DNA of 64,000 bases from Jatrophihabitans sp. (GCF_036389035.1 NZ_DASVQQ010000027.1), one strand, 5' to 3'. Positions 19,391 to 33,210 are shown, counted from the stretch's first letter. Numbers and translations: made by a program. The notes: generated from the sequence alone by a model not told the origin.

Positions 19391-20584
19391 CTACTTGACG
19401 CCCGCCGCGGTGCACAGGGCGGCGTAGCGGCCCGTGCACACCTGGTCCTTGGCGGTGTAGCCGTCGTTGATCGGAAGGGCGACGTTCTCCTTGGTGATCA
19501 CGACCGGCTCGGCCAGGATGGCCGGCACATCCTGGCCGGTCTTCGGGTCCTTGATCGTCTGGGTGGTCTGCGGGATCTCGCCGTTGGCCAGCTTGGCCGC
19601 CGCCTCGACCGCCGGGCCGGCCTCACCGGTGGACGGCTTGTAGATGGTGAAGCACTGGTTGCCCGCCAGGATCTGCTGCAGGCCTGCCGGAGAGGCGTCC
19701 TGGCCCGAGACCGCGACCTTGCCGTTGAGGCGCAGGTTGGTCAGGTTGGTGATCACGGCGCCGGCCATGGTGTCGTTGGCGACCATCACCGCGCCGAGGT
19801 CGGGGTTCTTCTGGATGAAGGAGTTGAACACCCGACCGGCGGTGGTGGCGTCCCAGTTGCCGGTCTGCTTGCCGACCCGGGTCCAGCCGGGGGTCTTGCC
19901 CAGCACGCTGTCATAGCCCTGGGCGAACAGGGTGGCGTTGTTGTCGGTCGGCGCGCCGTCGATGTCGACGTACTTGACGGCGGGCTTGCCCTTGACCTGC
20001 GGGCACTCGGTCAGCGCCTTGCCCTGCAGCTCGCCGACCTTGGTGTTGTCGAAGGACACGTACAGCGCCGCGCCGCCGCCGGGGGTGAGCCGGTCGTAGT
20101 CGATGGTGATGACGCCGTTCTGCTTGGCCTCCTGCAGGATGGTGGCGCCCGATGCCGCATCGAGGTTGACCAGCATCAGCACCTTGACGCCGCCGGCTGC
20201 CATCTGCTGGGCGATGGTCTTCTGCTTGGCGGCGGACCCGCCGGCGTTCTGGATGTCGCATTCGAGGTTGACCCGCTCGCAGTTGGCCTTCAGCGCCTCG
20301 GGGTCAGCCGCCACCCAGCGGTTGGAGGACTGGGTGTCGGGAAGGATGATGCCGACCTTGGCGCCCTTGCCGTCGACGGTCGCGCCCGCCGCGCCCGAGC
20401 TGGAGCCGGACGCGCTGGGGCTGGTTCCGGCGCTCGCGCTCGAGCTGGGAGTCGTGCCGGCGCTGGAGTTCGTGTTGTCGCCCGCGGGGGCGGAGTTGTC
20501 ATTGGTGTCGTCCGAGGAGCACCCGCTCAGCGCGAGCGAGAGCGCTGCCCCGACGACTACCAGACCGATTGCGCTTGTGCGCAT
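19391..20584 (-). CDS. Sugar ABC transporter substrate-binding lipoprotein (XylF-like)
   Basis: Lipobox LSGC, Ser/Ala/Gly linker, SNRW, IDYDRL, VSFDN, ANDTMA, SGQDA. Confidence 0.9.
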   Translation of the reverse strand: MRTSAIGLVVVGAALSLALSGCSSDDTNDNSAPAGDNTNSSAGTTPSSSASAGTSPSASGSSSGAAGATVDGKGAKVGIILPDTQSSNRWVAADPEALKANCERVNLECDIQNAGGSAAKQKTIAQQMAAGGVKVLMLVNLDAASGATILQEAKQNGVITIDYDRLTPGGGAALYVSFDNTKVGELQGKALTECPQVKGKPAVKYVDIDGAPTDNNATLFAQGYDSVLGKTPGWTRVGKQTGNWDATTAGRVFNSFIQKNPDLGAVMVANDTMAGAVITNLTNLRLNGKVAVSGQDASPAGLQQILAGNQCFTIYKPSTGEAGPAVEAAAKLANGEIPQTTQTIKDPKTGQDVPAILAEPVVITKENVALPINDGYTAKDQVCTGRYAALCTAAGVK

Positions 20585-20746
20585 GGGCAATTCCGCCTTT
20601 CGCGATGCGGGATCGACGACGCGGCTGTGCAGCGGACCCGTCGACCACCGAAAATGTTGTCGTCGGGAACATATCCCCACCGCAACGTGCGGGCAAAGAC
20701 TTCGACATCGAGTTGTTACCCAGCGGCCCCAGCCGCGCCGCTGCTG

Positions 20747-23590
<2,844 letters not shown>

Positions 23591-23820
23591 GATGTTCTCC
23601 CTCGATCCGGTCCTTCCCGCCATTCTTCCGCACCGCCGGCTAAGGCCTGCCATCGGTAGGTCGATAGGAACTGGCTGGGTGGACCCGCTCTGGTCTGCCG
23701 CCCCTTCACAGGGGACGGGTATGCCCAGTGGTGGGACCTATGTGACTGGCGTGACCACTGGCGCTTATGTTGTTCAACTGGCAGTGTGTCCGACAGCACT
23801 GGCAAACAGAGGGGTTGACT

Positions 23821-25338
23821 GTGTTCAGTAAAGCCCAGCTGCGCGCCGTGCTGTGCGTCGCCGCGGTGACCGGGTCGCTGCTGTGCGCCCCCGGCGCGGT
23901 GCAGGCCGCGCCCCGCCCGCCCAACCCCTCCGACGCCCAGCTCGCGGCCGCCCGCTCGGCCAAGGCGTCCCTGGCCCACACCGTGGGGGTGCTGTCCGGC
24001 CAGATCGTGCAGGCCCAGGCCGCGCTGCGCTCCCTGGACGCCAAGCTCGCGCTGGCCGAGCAGAAATTCGCCTTCGCGATCTTCAAGCTCAACAAGGCCA
24101 AGGTCGAGGCCGCCCAGGCGCAGGTCGCGGTGAGCACCGCACAGAAGGGCGTCGACACCGCCCGGGCCAAGCTGACCGCGTACGTGCACGACAGCTACGT
24201 CTCAGCCACCGTGGGCTCCTCGACGGCGGGCCTGCTCAGCGCCAAGGACCCCAGCGCCCTGCTGCAGGGCGGGGACTACCGCAACTACGTCTCGTCCCGG
24301 CACCTGGACGTCATGAGCGGCCTGGACCGGGCCACCGTGGCCAAGTCCAACGCCGAGGCCAAGGCCAAGTCGCTGGTCACCCTGCAGCAGCAGCTGACCG
24401 TCGCCGCCGAAGCCGCCCAGCGGGCCGCCCAGCAGGCCTACGCCAACCAGAAGGCCCAGGCCTCCCAGCTGCGGACCAGCGAAGCCGGCTACCAGCGGCA
24501 ACTGCTCGCCGCCCAGACCCAGCTCGCGGAGCTCAACGGCCAGCGGGCCAAGTTCGTTGCCTACCAGCAGGAACAGGCCCGGATCGCCGCCGAGCGAGCC
24601 CGGCAGGCGGCGCTGGCCCGGGCCCGGGCTGCCGCGGCGGCCGCTGCCGCGCAGGCCCGCCAGGAGCAGGAACGCCAGCAGCAGGCCCGCCAGGAGCAGG
24701 AACGCCAGCAGCGCGCCGAGCGGGAACGCCGAGAGCGGCAGGAGCGGGAGCAGCAGAACAACGGCGGGAACTCTGGCGGCAACAACAACAACGGCGGGAA
24801 CAACAACAACGGCGGGAACAACAACAACGGCGGCAGCTCCCCGCCACCACCGCCCCCGCCGCCACCGCCGCCACCACCGGCCGCCTCGACGGGCAGCTGG
24901 ACGGCCAGCAAGGGCCAGGCCGCGGCCAACCGCGCGCTCAGCCAGCTGGGCGTCCCCTACTCCTGGGCCGGCGGCGGCTACAACGGTCCGACCTATGGCG
25001 TCAACTCGCCGGGCACCGCCGGAGCCAACGACAGCAAGGTGCTCGGCTTCGACTGCTCCGGCCTGATGATGTACGCCTGGTCGCCCCAGGGTCTGTACAT
25101 GGACCACTTCGCGGCCTCGCAGTACTACGCCGGCTCGGTTCACCCGCAGCCCGGTCAGTTCCTGCCCGGCGACCTGCTGTTCTGGTCCGAGGGCGGCATC
25201 GGCGACATCCACCACGTCGCGCTCTACATCGGCGGCGGCAATGTCGTGCACGCTCCGCGCTCCGGCGACGTGGTGCGGGTGGCGCCGTGGGACCAGATGG
25301 GGGCCACCTATCTCGGGGCCACCCGGCCGCTGACCTGA
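23821..25338 (+). CDS. Secreted coiled-coil NlpC/P60 peptidoglycan endopeptidase (RipA-like)
   Basis: Signal peptide (AVQA), long coiled coil, GVPYSWAGG, GFDCSGL, HHVALYIG; position between acnA and moxR. Confidence 0.9.
   Translation: MFSKAQLRAVLCVAAVTGSLLCAPGAVQAAPRPPNPSDAQLAAARSAKASLAHTVGVLSGQIVQAQAALRSLDAKLALAEQKFAFAIFKLNKAKVEAAQAQVAVSTAQKGVDTARAKLTAYVHDSYVSATVGSSTAGLLSAKDPSALLQGGDYRNYVSSRHLDVMSGLDRATVAKSNAEAKAKSLVTLQQQLTVAAEAAQRAAQQAYANQKAQASQLRTSEAGYQRQLLAAQTQLAELNGQRAKFVAYQQEQARIAAERARQAALARARAAAAAAAAQARQEQERQQQARQEQERQQRAERERRERQEREQQNNGGNSGGNNNNGGNNNNGGNNNNGGSSPPPPPPPPPPPPPAASTGSWTASKGQAAANRALSQLGVPYSWAGGGYNGPTYGVNSPGTAGANDSKVLGFDCSGLMMYAWSPQGLYMDHFAASQYYAGSVHPQPGQFLPGDLLFWSEGGIGDIHHVALYIGGGNVVHAPRSGDVVRVAPWDQMGATYLGATRPLT
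24652..24880 (+). repeat. In-frame repeats in the RipA-like linker: 30-bp x2, 18-bp x3, poly-Pro
   Basis: CAGGCCCGCCAGGAGCAGGAACGCCAGCAG x2 from 24652; AACAACAACAACGGCGGG x3 from 24781; 13 consecutive Pro codons. Confidence 0.9.
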
Positions 25339-25371
25339 CCGCACCGGCCCGGCACCGTCTAGGCTGAACCG

Positions 25372-26421
25372 ATGAGTCCGGCGACCGAGTCGACCCCGTC
25401 CGACGGGGTGCTGCTCGACACGTTCGGGCGGCGGGCCGAAGACCTGCGCATCTCCCTCACCGACAAGTGCTCGCTGCGCTGCACGTACTGCATGCCCGCC
25501 GAGGGACTGGCCTGGCTGCCGGCCACGGCGGTGCTCTCCGATGACGAGATCCTCCGGCTGGCGACGGTGTTCCTCGGCCTGGGCGTGCGGACGATCCGGC
25601 TGACCGGTGGCGAGCCGCTGGTCCGGGCCGGCGTCGCCGGGCTGATCAGCCGGCTGGCCCAGCTGCGGCCCAGGCCCGAGCTGTCGCTGACCACCAACGC
25701 CATCGCGCTGGCCGACAAGGCAGAGGAGCTGGCCCGGTCGGGCCTGAACCGGGTCAACGTCTCACTCGACACCCTGGACCGGGAGAGGTTCCACAGCCTC
25801 ACCCGGCGCGACCGGCTGGCCGACGTGCTGGCAGGGCTGGCGGCTGCCCAGGCCGCCGGCCTCAGTCCGGTCAAGGTCAACGCGGTGCTGATGCGCGAGC
25901 AGAACCTGGCCGAGGCGCCGCGGCTGCTGGCCTGGGCGCTGGGGGCCGGTTACCAGCTGCGCTTCATCGAGCACATGCCGCTGGACGCCGAGCACCTGTG
26001 GACGATGGAAGGCATGGTGACCGCCGACGAGGTGCTCGAGGTGCTCGGACGAGACTTCGAGCTGCGGCCGGTGGCCCATCGCGGTCACGCCCCGGCCGAG
26101 GAGTTCGAGGTGCTGGACGGCCCGGACCGGGCGGGCTGGGTAGCGGCGCCGGGCGGGCACCGGGTCGGCATCATCGCCTCGGTCAGCCGGCCGTTCTGCC
26201 GCGACTGCGACCGGTTGCGGCTCACCGCCGACGGCCAGTTGCGCACCTGCCTGTTCGGGCACCAGGAGACCGACCTGCGCTCGGCGCTGCGGCAGGGCGC
26301 CACTGACGCCGAGCTGGCCGAGCTGATCCGGGTGGCGGTGCGCGCCAAGCCCGCCGGTCACGGCATCAACGCTCCGGGGTTCCGCCAGCCGGAGCGGCCG
26401 ATGTCGGCGATCGGCGGCTGA
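25372..26421 (+). CDS. moaA: GTP 3',8-cyclase MoaA
   Basis: CxxxCxxC (CSLRCTYC), LTGGEPL, second cluster FCRDCDRLRL...TCLF, C-terminal MSAIGG. Confidence 0.96.
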   Translation: MSPATESTPSDGVLLDTFGRRAEDLRISLTDKCSLRCTYCMPAEGLAWLPATAVLSDDEILRLATVFLGLGVRTIRLTGGEPLVRAGVAGLISRLAQLRPRPELSLTTNAIALADKAEELARSGLNRVNVSLDTLDRERFHSLTRRDRLADVLAGLAAAQAAGLSPVKVNAVLMREQNLAEAPRLLAWALGAGYQLRFIEHMPLDAEHLWTMEGMVTADEVLEVLGRDFELRPVAHRGHAPAEEFEVLDGPDRAGWVAAPGGHRVGIIASVSRPFCRDCDRLRLTADGQLRTCLFGHQETDLRSALRQGATDAELAELIRVAVRAKPAGHGINAPGFRQPERPMSAIGG

Positions 26422-26518
26422 GACCGCACAGGATGCTCGGTTACCGTTGCGGGCGACAGTCACCGGCACATCGACGTGCCGGTGGGCGCAAGGACGAAAG
26501 ACCAGTGCGAGGAGACAC

Positions 26519-27685
26519 ATGACCGAGCGGGTTGTGACACCCACCCCGGCCGCCGACGCCAGCGCGCTCGAACGGGCGATGTTCGAGGTCAAGCGGGTGA
26601 TCGTCGGCCAGGAGCGGATGGTCGAGCGGTTGATGGTCAGCCTGCTGGCCCGCGGGCACTGCCTGCTCGAAGGCGTGCCCGGGGTGGCCAAGACGCTGGC
26701 CGTGGAGACCCTGGCCCGCACCGTCAGCGGGACCTTCGCGCGGCTGCAGTTCACCCCGGACCTGGTGCCCTCCGACATCGTCGGAACCCGGATCTACCGC
26801 CCGGGCGCCGAGAAGTTCGACACCGAACTCGGACCGGTGTTCGCCAACTTCGTGCTCGCCGACGAGATCAACCGGGCGCCGGCCAAGGTGCAGTCGGCGC
26901 TGCTCGAGGTGATGGCCGAGCGCCAGGTGTCCCTGGGCGGCAAGCGCTACCCGCTGCCCGAGCCGTTCCTGGTGCTGGCCACCCAGAACCCGATCGAGAG
27001 CGAGGGCGTCTACCCGCTGCCCGAGGCCCAGCGCGACCGCTTCCTGATGAAGATCTCGGTGGACTACCCGTCAGCGGCCGAGGAGCGCGAGATCGTCTAC
27101 CGGATGGGGGTCGAGCCACCGGTCGCGCAGGCGGTGATCAGCACCGACGAGCTGATCGAGCTGCAGCGCCGCGCCGGCCGGGTCTTCGTGCACCACGCCG
27201 TGGTCGACTACGTGGTCCGGCTGGTGATCGCCACCCGGCAACCTGCCGAATTCGGCATGGCCGACGTGGCCGGCTGGGTCGCCTACGGCGCCAGCCCGCG
27301 GGCCAGCCTGGGGCTGATCGCGGCCGGCCGGGCGCTGGCGCTGCTGCGCGGGCGTGACTACGTCCTGCCCCAGGACGTCCTGGACCTGGCGATCGACGTC
27401 CTGCCGCATCGGATGGTGCTGTCCTACGACGCGATCGCCGACGGGGTCTCCGCCGCGCAGGCGGTGTCCCGGGTGCTGCAGACGGTGCCGCTGCCGCAGG
27501 TGGCGCCCCGGCAGCGGGCCGCCAGCGGGTTCATCCCGGCCGCCACCACCGCCGCCCCGAACGCCAGCACCGCCGGTTACCCCAACGGGGCGCACGCCAT
27601 GCCCGCCGGACAGCCGACCAACCAGTACCCGAACCAGCAGGCCGGCCAGCCCCGGCAGTCCGGAAACTGGGCGCCGCCGGCGTGA
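26519..27685 (+). CDS. moxR: MoxR-family AAA+ ATPase
   Basis: EGVPGVAKT, QFTPDLVPSDIVG, ADEINRAPAKVQSALLE, YGASPRAS. Confidence 0.93.
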   Translation: MTERVVTPTPAADASALERAMFEVKRVIVGQERMVERLMVSLLARGHCLLEGVPGVAKTLAVETLARTVSGTFARLQFTPDLVPSDIVGTRIYRPGAEKFDTELGPVFANFVLADEINRAPAKVQSALLEVMAERQVSLGGKRYPLPEPFLVLATQNPIESEGVYPLPEAQRDRFLMKISVDYPSAAEEREIVYRMGVEPPVAQAVISTDELIELQRRAGRVFVHHAVVDYVVRLVIATRQPAEFGMADVAGWVAYGASPRASLGLIAAGRALALLRGRDYVLPQDVLDLAIDVLPHRMVLSYDAIADGVSAAQAVSRVLQTVPLPQVAPRQRAASGFIPAATTAAPNASTAGYPNGAHAMPAGQPTNQYPNQQAGQPRQSGNWAPPA

Positions 27686-28722
27686 GCAGGCACGGTGCCC
27701 CAGCCGCCGACCCGGGCCGCTCCGCGGTCCCCGGCCAGCCGGTGTCGTCCGGCAAGGCGGTGCCGTCCGGCAAGGCGGTGCCGTCCGGCCAGCCGGGGGC
27801 ACCCGGCCAGACCGAGGCTGTGCTGCGCCGGCTCGAGTACGCGGTGCGCAACAAGCTCGACGGCCTGCTGCTGGGCAGCTACCTCGGCCTGGTGCCCGGC
27901 CCGGGAAGCGAGCCGGGGGAGTCGCGCCAGTACTACCCCGGCGATGACGTCCGGCGGATGGACTGGCCGGTCACTGCCCGGACGATGACCCCGCACGTCC
28001 GCCAGACGGTCGCCGACCGTGAGCTGGAGACGTGGCTGGTGGTGGACCTGTCGCCGAGCCTGGACTTCGGCACCGTGAACATGGAGAAGCGCGAGCTGGT
28101 CTTCGCCGCCGCCACCGCCATCACCCACCTGACCGCCAAGGCCGGCAACCGGATCGGCGCGATCATCACCACGGGCGAGCAGACCTACCGGATCCCGGCG
28201 GTGGCCGGCTCCAACCACGCCCGCTACGTGATGCGCAAGCTGGCCGGCACCCCGCGCGCGACCGAGGGCCGGCGCGGCGACCTGGCCAGGGCGCTGGAAC
28301 AGGTCCGGCGGCCGCCGCGCCGGCGCGGCATGGTGGTGGTGATCTCGGACTTCCTGGGCGACCAGGACTGGGAGCGGCCGTTGCGCGGCCTGGGCGACCG
28401 CCACGAGCTGCTCGGCATCGAGGTGCTGGATCCGCACGAGCTGGAGCTGCCCGCCGCCGGCCTGGTGACCTTCGTCGATCCCGAGACCGGCGAGCAACTG
28501 GAGGTGCAGACCTCCGACGCCGAGCTGCGGCTGCGCTACGCCCGGGCCGCCAGCGAGCAGCGCGAGCAGATCGCCTCGATGCTGCGCCGGGCCGGCGCTG
28601 ACCAGCTGCGGCTGCGCACCGACTCCGACTGGCTGTCCGACATCGTCAAATTCGTCGTCACCCGTCGCCGGGGAGTGGCCGTACGACCACCCTCGCGCGC
28701 CGGAATGATCGGGGTGCACTGA
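27682..28722 (+). CDS. DUF58 / VWA-associated protein
   Basis: RQYYPGDDVRRMDWPVTAR, VDLSPSLDFG, VISDF; GTGA overlap with moxR. Confidence 0.9.
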   Translation: MSRHGAPAADPGRSAVPGQPVSSGKAVPSGKAVPSGQPGAPGQTEAVLRRLEYAVRNKLDGLLLGSYLGLVPGPGSEPGESRQYYPGDDVRRMDWPVTARTMTPHVRQTVADRELETWLVVDLSPSLDFGTVNMEKRELVFAAATAITHLTAKAGNRIGAIITTGEQTYRIPAVAGSNHARYVMRKLAGTPRATEGRRGDLARALEQVRRPPRRRGMVVVISDFLGDQDWERPLRGLGDRHELLGIEVLDPHELELPAAGLVTFVDPETGEQLEVQTSDAELRLRYARAASEQREQIASMLRRAGADQLRLRTDSDWLSDIVKFVVTRRRGVAVRPPSRAGMIGVH

Positions 28723-29678
28723 TGCATTTCAGGTCGCCGTACTGGCTGCTGATCCTGCTGGGCGTCGCCGCTGTGGCGCTGGCCTACCTGCTGGTGCAGC
28801 TGCGCCGCCGCAAGTTCGTGGCCCGGTTCAGCAACACCGAGCTGCTGGCCAGCGTGGTGCCCCGCCGGCCGGGCTGGCGCCGGCACCTGACCTTCGCCCT
28901 GCTGCTGCTGTCGCTGACGGTGCTGTCGCTGGGGGTGGCCGGCCCGACCGCCTCGGTCCGGGTGCCGCAGGAGAAGGCCACCGTGATGCTGGCCATCGAC
29001 GTCTCGCTGTCGATGCAGGCCACCGACGTGCTGCCCAGCCGTCTGGAAGCCGCCCAGCAGGCCGCCCAGGAGTTCGCCGACCTGCTGCCCACCCGGATCA
29101 ACCTCGGACTGGTCAAGTTCGGCCGGTCCGGCAGCGTGGTCGTGCCGCCGACCCTGGACCGCGAGGTCGTCAAGCGCGCGATCGCCGGCCTGCAGCTGGA
29201 GCAGTACACCGCGATCGGCGAGGGCGTCTTCGCCAGCCTGGACGCGCTCACCACCTTCAGCCGGTCGAGCACCGTGACCAACGAGGAGCCGGCGCCCGGG
29301 CGGATCGTGCTGCTCAGCGATGGCTACAACACCGTCGGGCGCAAGGTGTCCGAGGCTGCTGACGTGGCCAAGAAGGCCAGCACGCCGGTGTCGACCATCG
29401 CCTTCGGAACGGACAGCGGAACGGTCGAGGTGCAGGGCACCGTCCAGGCGGTGCCCTCGGACAAGGTCACCCTGCGTGGCCTGGCCCAGGCGACCGGCGG
29501 CTCGTTCCACACCGCGGCCTCGGTGGAGGAGCTCAGAACGGTCTATGAGGACATCGGCTCCCAGATCGGCTACACCACCGCCCAGCGCGACATCAGCTGG
29601 CGGTTCATGCTGGCCGGCCTGCTGCTGGCGATGGCCGCCGGCGCCAGCTCGCTGCTCTGGTCGGGCCGGCTCAGCTGA
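28722..29678 (+). CDS. VWA domain membrane protein (BatA/Rv1481-like)
   Basis: MIDAS DVSLSM, TAIGEG, LSDG; N- and C-terminal TM segments. Confidence 0.9.
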   Translation: MHFRSPYWLLILLGVAAVALAYLLVQLRRRKFVARFSNTELLASVVPRRPGWRRHLTFALLLLSLTVLSLGVAGPTASVRVPQEKATVMLAIDVSLSMQATDVLPSRLEAAQQAAQEFADLLPTRINLGLVKFGRSGSVVVPPTLDREVVKRAIAGLQLEQYTAIGEGVFASLDALTTFSRSSTVTNEEPAPGRIVLLSDGYNTVGRKVSEAADVAKKASTPVSTIAFGTDSGTVEVQGTVQAVPSDKVTLRGLAQATGGSFHTAASVEELRTVYEDIGSQIGYTTAQRDISWRFMLAGLLLAMAAGASSLLWSGRLS

Positions 29679-29706
29679 CGCTGCGTCGCGGATGCCCGGA
29701 CCCTGA

Positions 29707-30447
<741 letters not shown>

Positions 30448-30488
30448 GCGCGATCGGCTCATCACCACCTGAGGAGAGAGTGACTGAC

Positions 30489-31256
30489 ATGGGACTTCTG
30501 GACGGCAAGCGGCTGCTGATCACCGGCGTCATCACCGAGTCCTCGATCGGCTTCGCGGTCGCCAAGGTGGCGCAGGAGCAGGGCGCCGACGTGGTGCTGA
30601 CCGGCTTCGGCAGGTTGTCCCTGGTCGAGCGGGTGGCCCGCCGGCTGCCCAAGCCGGCGCCGGTGGTGGAGCTCGACGTCACCTCGCCCGATGACCTGGC
30701 GGCCCTGGCCGACCGGGTCCGCGAGCACGTCGACGGCCTGGACGGGGTGCTGCACTCCATCGGCTTCGCCCCGCAGTCCTGCCTCGGCGAGGGTTTCCTG
30801 GACGCCCCGTTCGCCGACGTGGCCACCGCGTTCGAGGTGTCGGCCTACAGCTTCAAGTCCCTGGCGGTGGCGGCGCTGCCGCTGTTCGGCCCGTCCGGCG
30901 GCTCGATCGTCGGAATGGATTTCGACGCCACGGTAGCCTGGCCCGCCTACAACTGGATGGGGGTGGCCAAGGCCGCCCTGGAGTCCACCTCGCGCTACCT
31001 GGCCCGCGAGCTGGGCCCGCGCCGGATCAGGGTCAACCTGGTGGCGGCCGGCCCGGTGCGCACGATGGCGGCCAAGAGCATCCCCGGCTTCGTCGAGTTC
31101 GAGCAGGCCTGGGAGGGACGGGCCCCGCTGGGTTGGGACATCGAGGACGCCACCCCGGTCGCGATGAGCTGCGCTGCCCTGCTGTCGGACTGGTTCCCCG
31201 CCACCACCGGCGAGATGATCCACGTCGACGGCGGTTTTCACGCGATGGGCGTCTGA
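30489..31256 (+). CDS. fabI: Enoyl-ACP reductase FabI/InhA
   Basis: ITGVITESSIGF, HSIGFAP, YNWMGVAKAALE, AAGPVRT. Confidence 0.94.
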   Translation: MGLLDGKRLLITGVITESSIGFAVAKVAQEQGADVVLTGFGRLSLVERVARRLPKPAPVVELDVTSPDDLAALADRVREHVDGLDGVLHSIGFAPQSCLGEGFLDAPFADVATAFEVSAYSFKSLAVAALPLFGPSGGSIVGMDFDATVAWPAYNWMGVAKAALESTSRYLARELGPRRIRVNLVAAGPVRTMAAKSIPGFVEFEQAWEGRAPLGWDIEDATPVAMSCAALLSDWFPATTGEMIHVDGGFHAMGV

Positions 31257-31281
31257 GCCGGCACCGACTAGCTTGCTAAGG

Positions 31282-32391
31282 GTGACCGAAGCACCCGTCG
31301 ACTCGTTCCTGCTGCTGTCCTTCGGCGGCCCGCAGGGGCCCGATGAGGTGATGCCGTTCCTGCGCAACGTGACCGCGGGGCGCGGGGTGCCCGACGAGCG
31401 GTTGGCAGCGGTCGCCGAGCACTACCAGCACTTCGGCGGCGTCTCGCCCATCACGGCGCAGAACCAGGCGCTGCTGGCGGCGCTGGGCGCGGAGTTCGGC
31501 CGCCGCGGCATCGACCTGCCGCTGTACTTCGGCAACCGCAACTGGCGCCCCTTCCTCGCTGACACCGTCCGGCAGCTGGCAGCCGATGGCCGCCGGCACG
31601 CGCTGGTGCTGGCCACCAGCGCCACCGGCTCGTACTCCGGTTGCCGGCAGTACCGCGAGGACCTGGCGCGCGCCGCCGCTGAGCTGACCGGGCCTGAGCT
31701 GGCTGAGCGCGCGCTGGCCGGGCCTGAGCGGGCCGGCCTCCCGCCGGACGGCGGCGCTGCCCGGTTCACCAAGCTGCGGCACTACTTCGACCATCCAGGT
31801 TTCATCGCCGCCAACGCCGCGGCCGTCCGCGCCGCGCTGGCAGCGCTGCCACCGCAGGCACGCGAGGTCGCCCGGCTGGTGTTCACCGCGCATTCGATCC
31901 CGGTGTCGATGAACGACAGCGCCGGGCCCGAGGGCGGGCTCTACCTGGCCCAGCACCGCGAGACCGCCCGGCTGGTGGCCGAGGCGGTCCGCGGGCCCGG
32001 CGCCGCCTTCGATCTGGTGTGGCAGTCCCGATCCGGGCCGCCGCAGGTGCCGTGGCTGGAGCCGGACGTCAACGACCAGCTGCGGGTGCTGGCGGCCGCG
32101 GGGGTGCGGGCCGTGGTGGTGGCGCCCACCGGCTTCGTCTCCGACCACCTCGAGGTGCTCTGGGATCTGGACAACGAGGCCCGGGGCACCGCCGACGAGC
32201 TGGGACTGGAGTTCGTCCGGGCCAGCACGGCCGGCACCGACCCGGCGTTCGTGGCAGGGCTGACCGACCTGGTGGAGGAGCAACTGACCGGCCGCTCGCC
32301 GGCCTACCTGGGCGAGCTGGGGCTGTGCGGGCAGAACTGCCCCGCCGGCTGCTGCCCGGCGCCGGCCCGGCGTGGCTCAGGGGCCGGCTGA
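31282..32391 (+). CDS. hemH: Ferrochelatase
   Basis: SFGGP, HYQHFGGVSPI, FTAHSIP, WQSRSGPPQVPWLEPD, GFVSDHLEV. Confidence 0.94.
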   Translation: MTEAPVDSFLLLSFGGPQGPDEVMPFLRNVTAGRGVPDERLAAVAEHYQHFGGVSPITAQNQALLAALGAEFGRRGIDLPLYFGNRNWRPFLADTVRQLAADGRRHALVLATSATGSYSGCRQYREDLARAAAELTGPELAERALAGPERAGLPPDGGAARFTKLRHYFDHPGFIAANAAAVRAALAALPPQAREVARLVFTAHSIPVSMNDSAGPEGGLYLAQHRETARLVAEAVRGPGAAFDLVWQSRSGPPQVPWLEPDVNDQLRVLAAAGVRAVVVAPTGFVSDHLEVLWDLDNEARGTADELGLEFVRASTAGTDPAFVAGLTDLVEEQLTGRSPAYLGELGLCGQNCPAGCCPAPARRGSGAG

Positions 32392-33132
32392 GACCTCGGC
32401 CGCCGCGTTGTAGCCGGCCAGCAGCGCCCGGCGGACCGTCAGCCGCAACGGGGCCAGCGCCAGGTCACGCTCGGCCATGGCCGTGGCGGTGAGCTGGGCG
32501 GTGTCGTCGGAGTCCACCACGACCAGCACCGCAGACAGCCGCTCGGCCTGGGCGATCAGCCGGACCGCCCGGGGCGGGTGGCTGGACGGCAGGTGCAGCC
32601 GCTCACCGGCCCGCCTGGCGTCCGAGAGCGCCGGTGCGATGTCGGTCAGCCAGCTGGTGACACCGCGGCGGGCGAACAGCGAGGCCGTCTCGCGGATCGA
32701 CTCGGTCAGCTCGTGCTCGGCGTCGGCCATGCTGACCGGGTCCGGCGGCAGCTCGCTGACCTCGGCCCGGTGCCAGATCAGCTCGCGGCCGGCGCTGCTG
32801 GGGGTGTCGCGGCCCGCCAGCACGGTGAGCCCGAAGTCCCTGCCGTAGACCGCCTCACCGGCCGCCAGCGCGGTGGTCCGGAACGGCGCCGGGCCGGCCA
32901 GCCCGCGGACGTCACCAGGCACCGGCAGGGCCAGCGTCAGGACCGACGTGCCGGCCCGCTTCCACTCGGCCAGCGCCGCGCCGACCGGGTTCGGGCCGGG
33001 CCCGAAGCCCGGGCCGCCGACATGGCGGCCGGAGCCGGTGACAGCGTCGAGGACGTCGTCGAACGCTGCGACTCCGGCCAGCCAGGCAGAGCCCCAGGCG
33101 GCGAGCTGGGCACATCGGCGTTCGTTGGACAC
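32377..33132 (-). CDS. Conserved actinobacterial hypothetical protein (Rv1486c-like position)
   Basis: High-GC codon usage; convergent on hemH; LPVPGDVRGL and AEHELTESIRE segments. Confidence 0.7.
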   Translation of the reverse strand: MSNERRCAQLAAWGSAWLAGVAAFDDVLDAVTGSGRHVGGPGFGPGPNPVGAALAEWKRAGTSVLTLALPVPGDVRGLAGPAPFRTTALAAGEAVYGRDFGLTVLAGRDTPSSAGRELIWHRAEVSELPPDPVSMADAEHELTESIRETASLFARRGVTSWLTDIAPALSDARRAGERLHLPSSHPPRAVRLIAQAERLSAVLVVVDSDDTAQLTATAMAERDLALAPLRLTVRRALLAGYNAAAEVSAGP

Positions 33133-33210
33133 AGCTGCCTACGGTACCTAACGGTGGTGACAGGCGTGGGCTTCCCCGCTGCTGCCGTCGCAGATCCTAA
33201 GCTGCTCGGC

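Noticed and set aside
20600-20740. ROK operator upstream of the sugar SBP
   Set aside because: Only an imperfect palindrome (ACTTCGACATCGAGT) with no second copy to support it.
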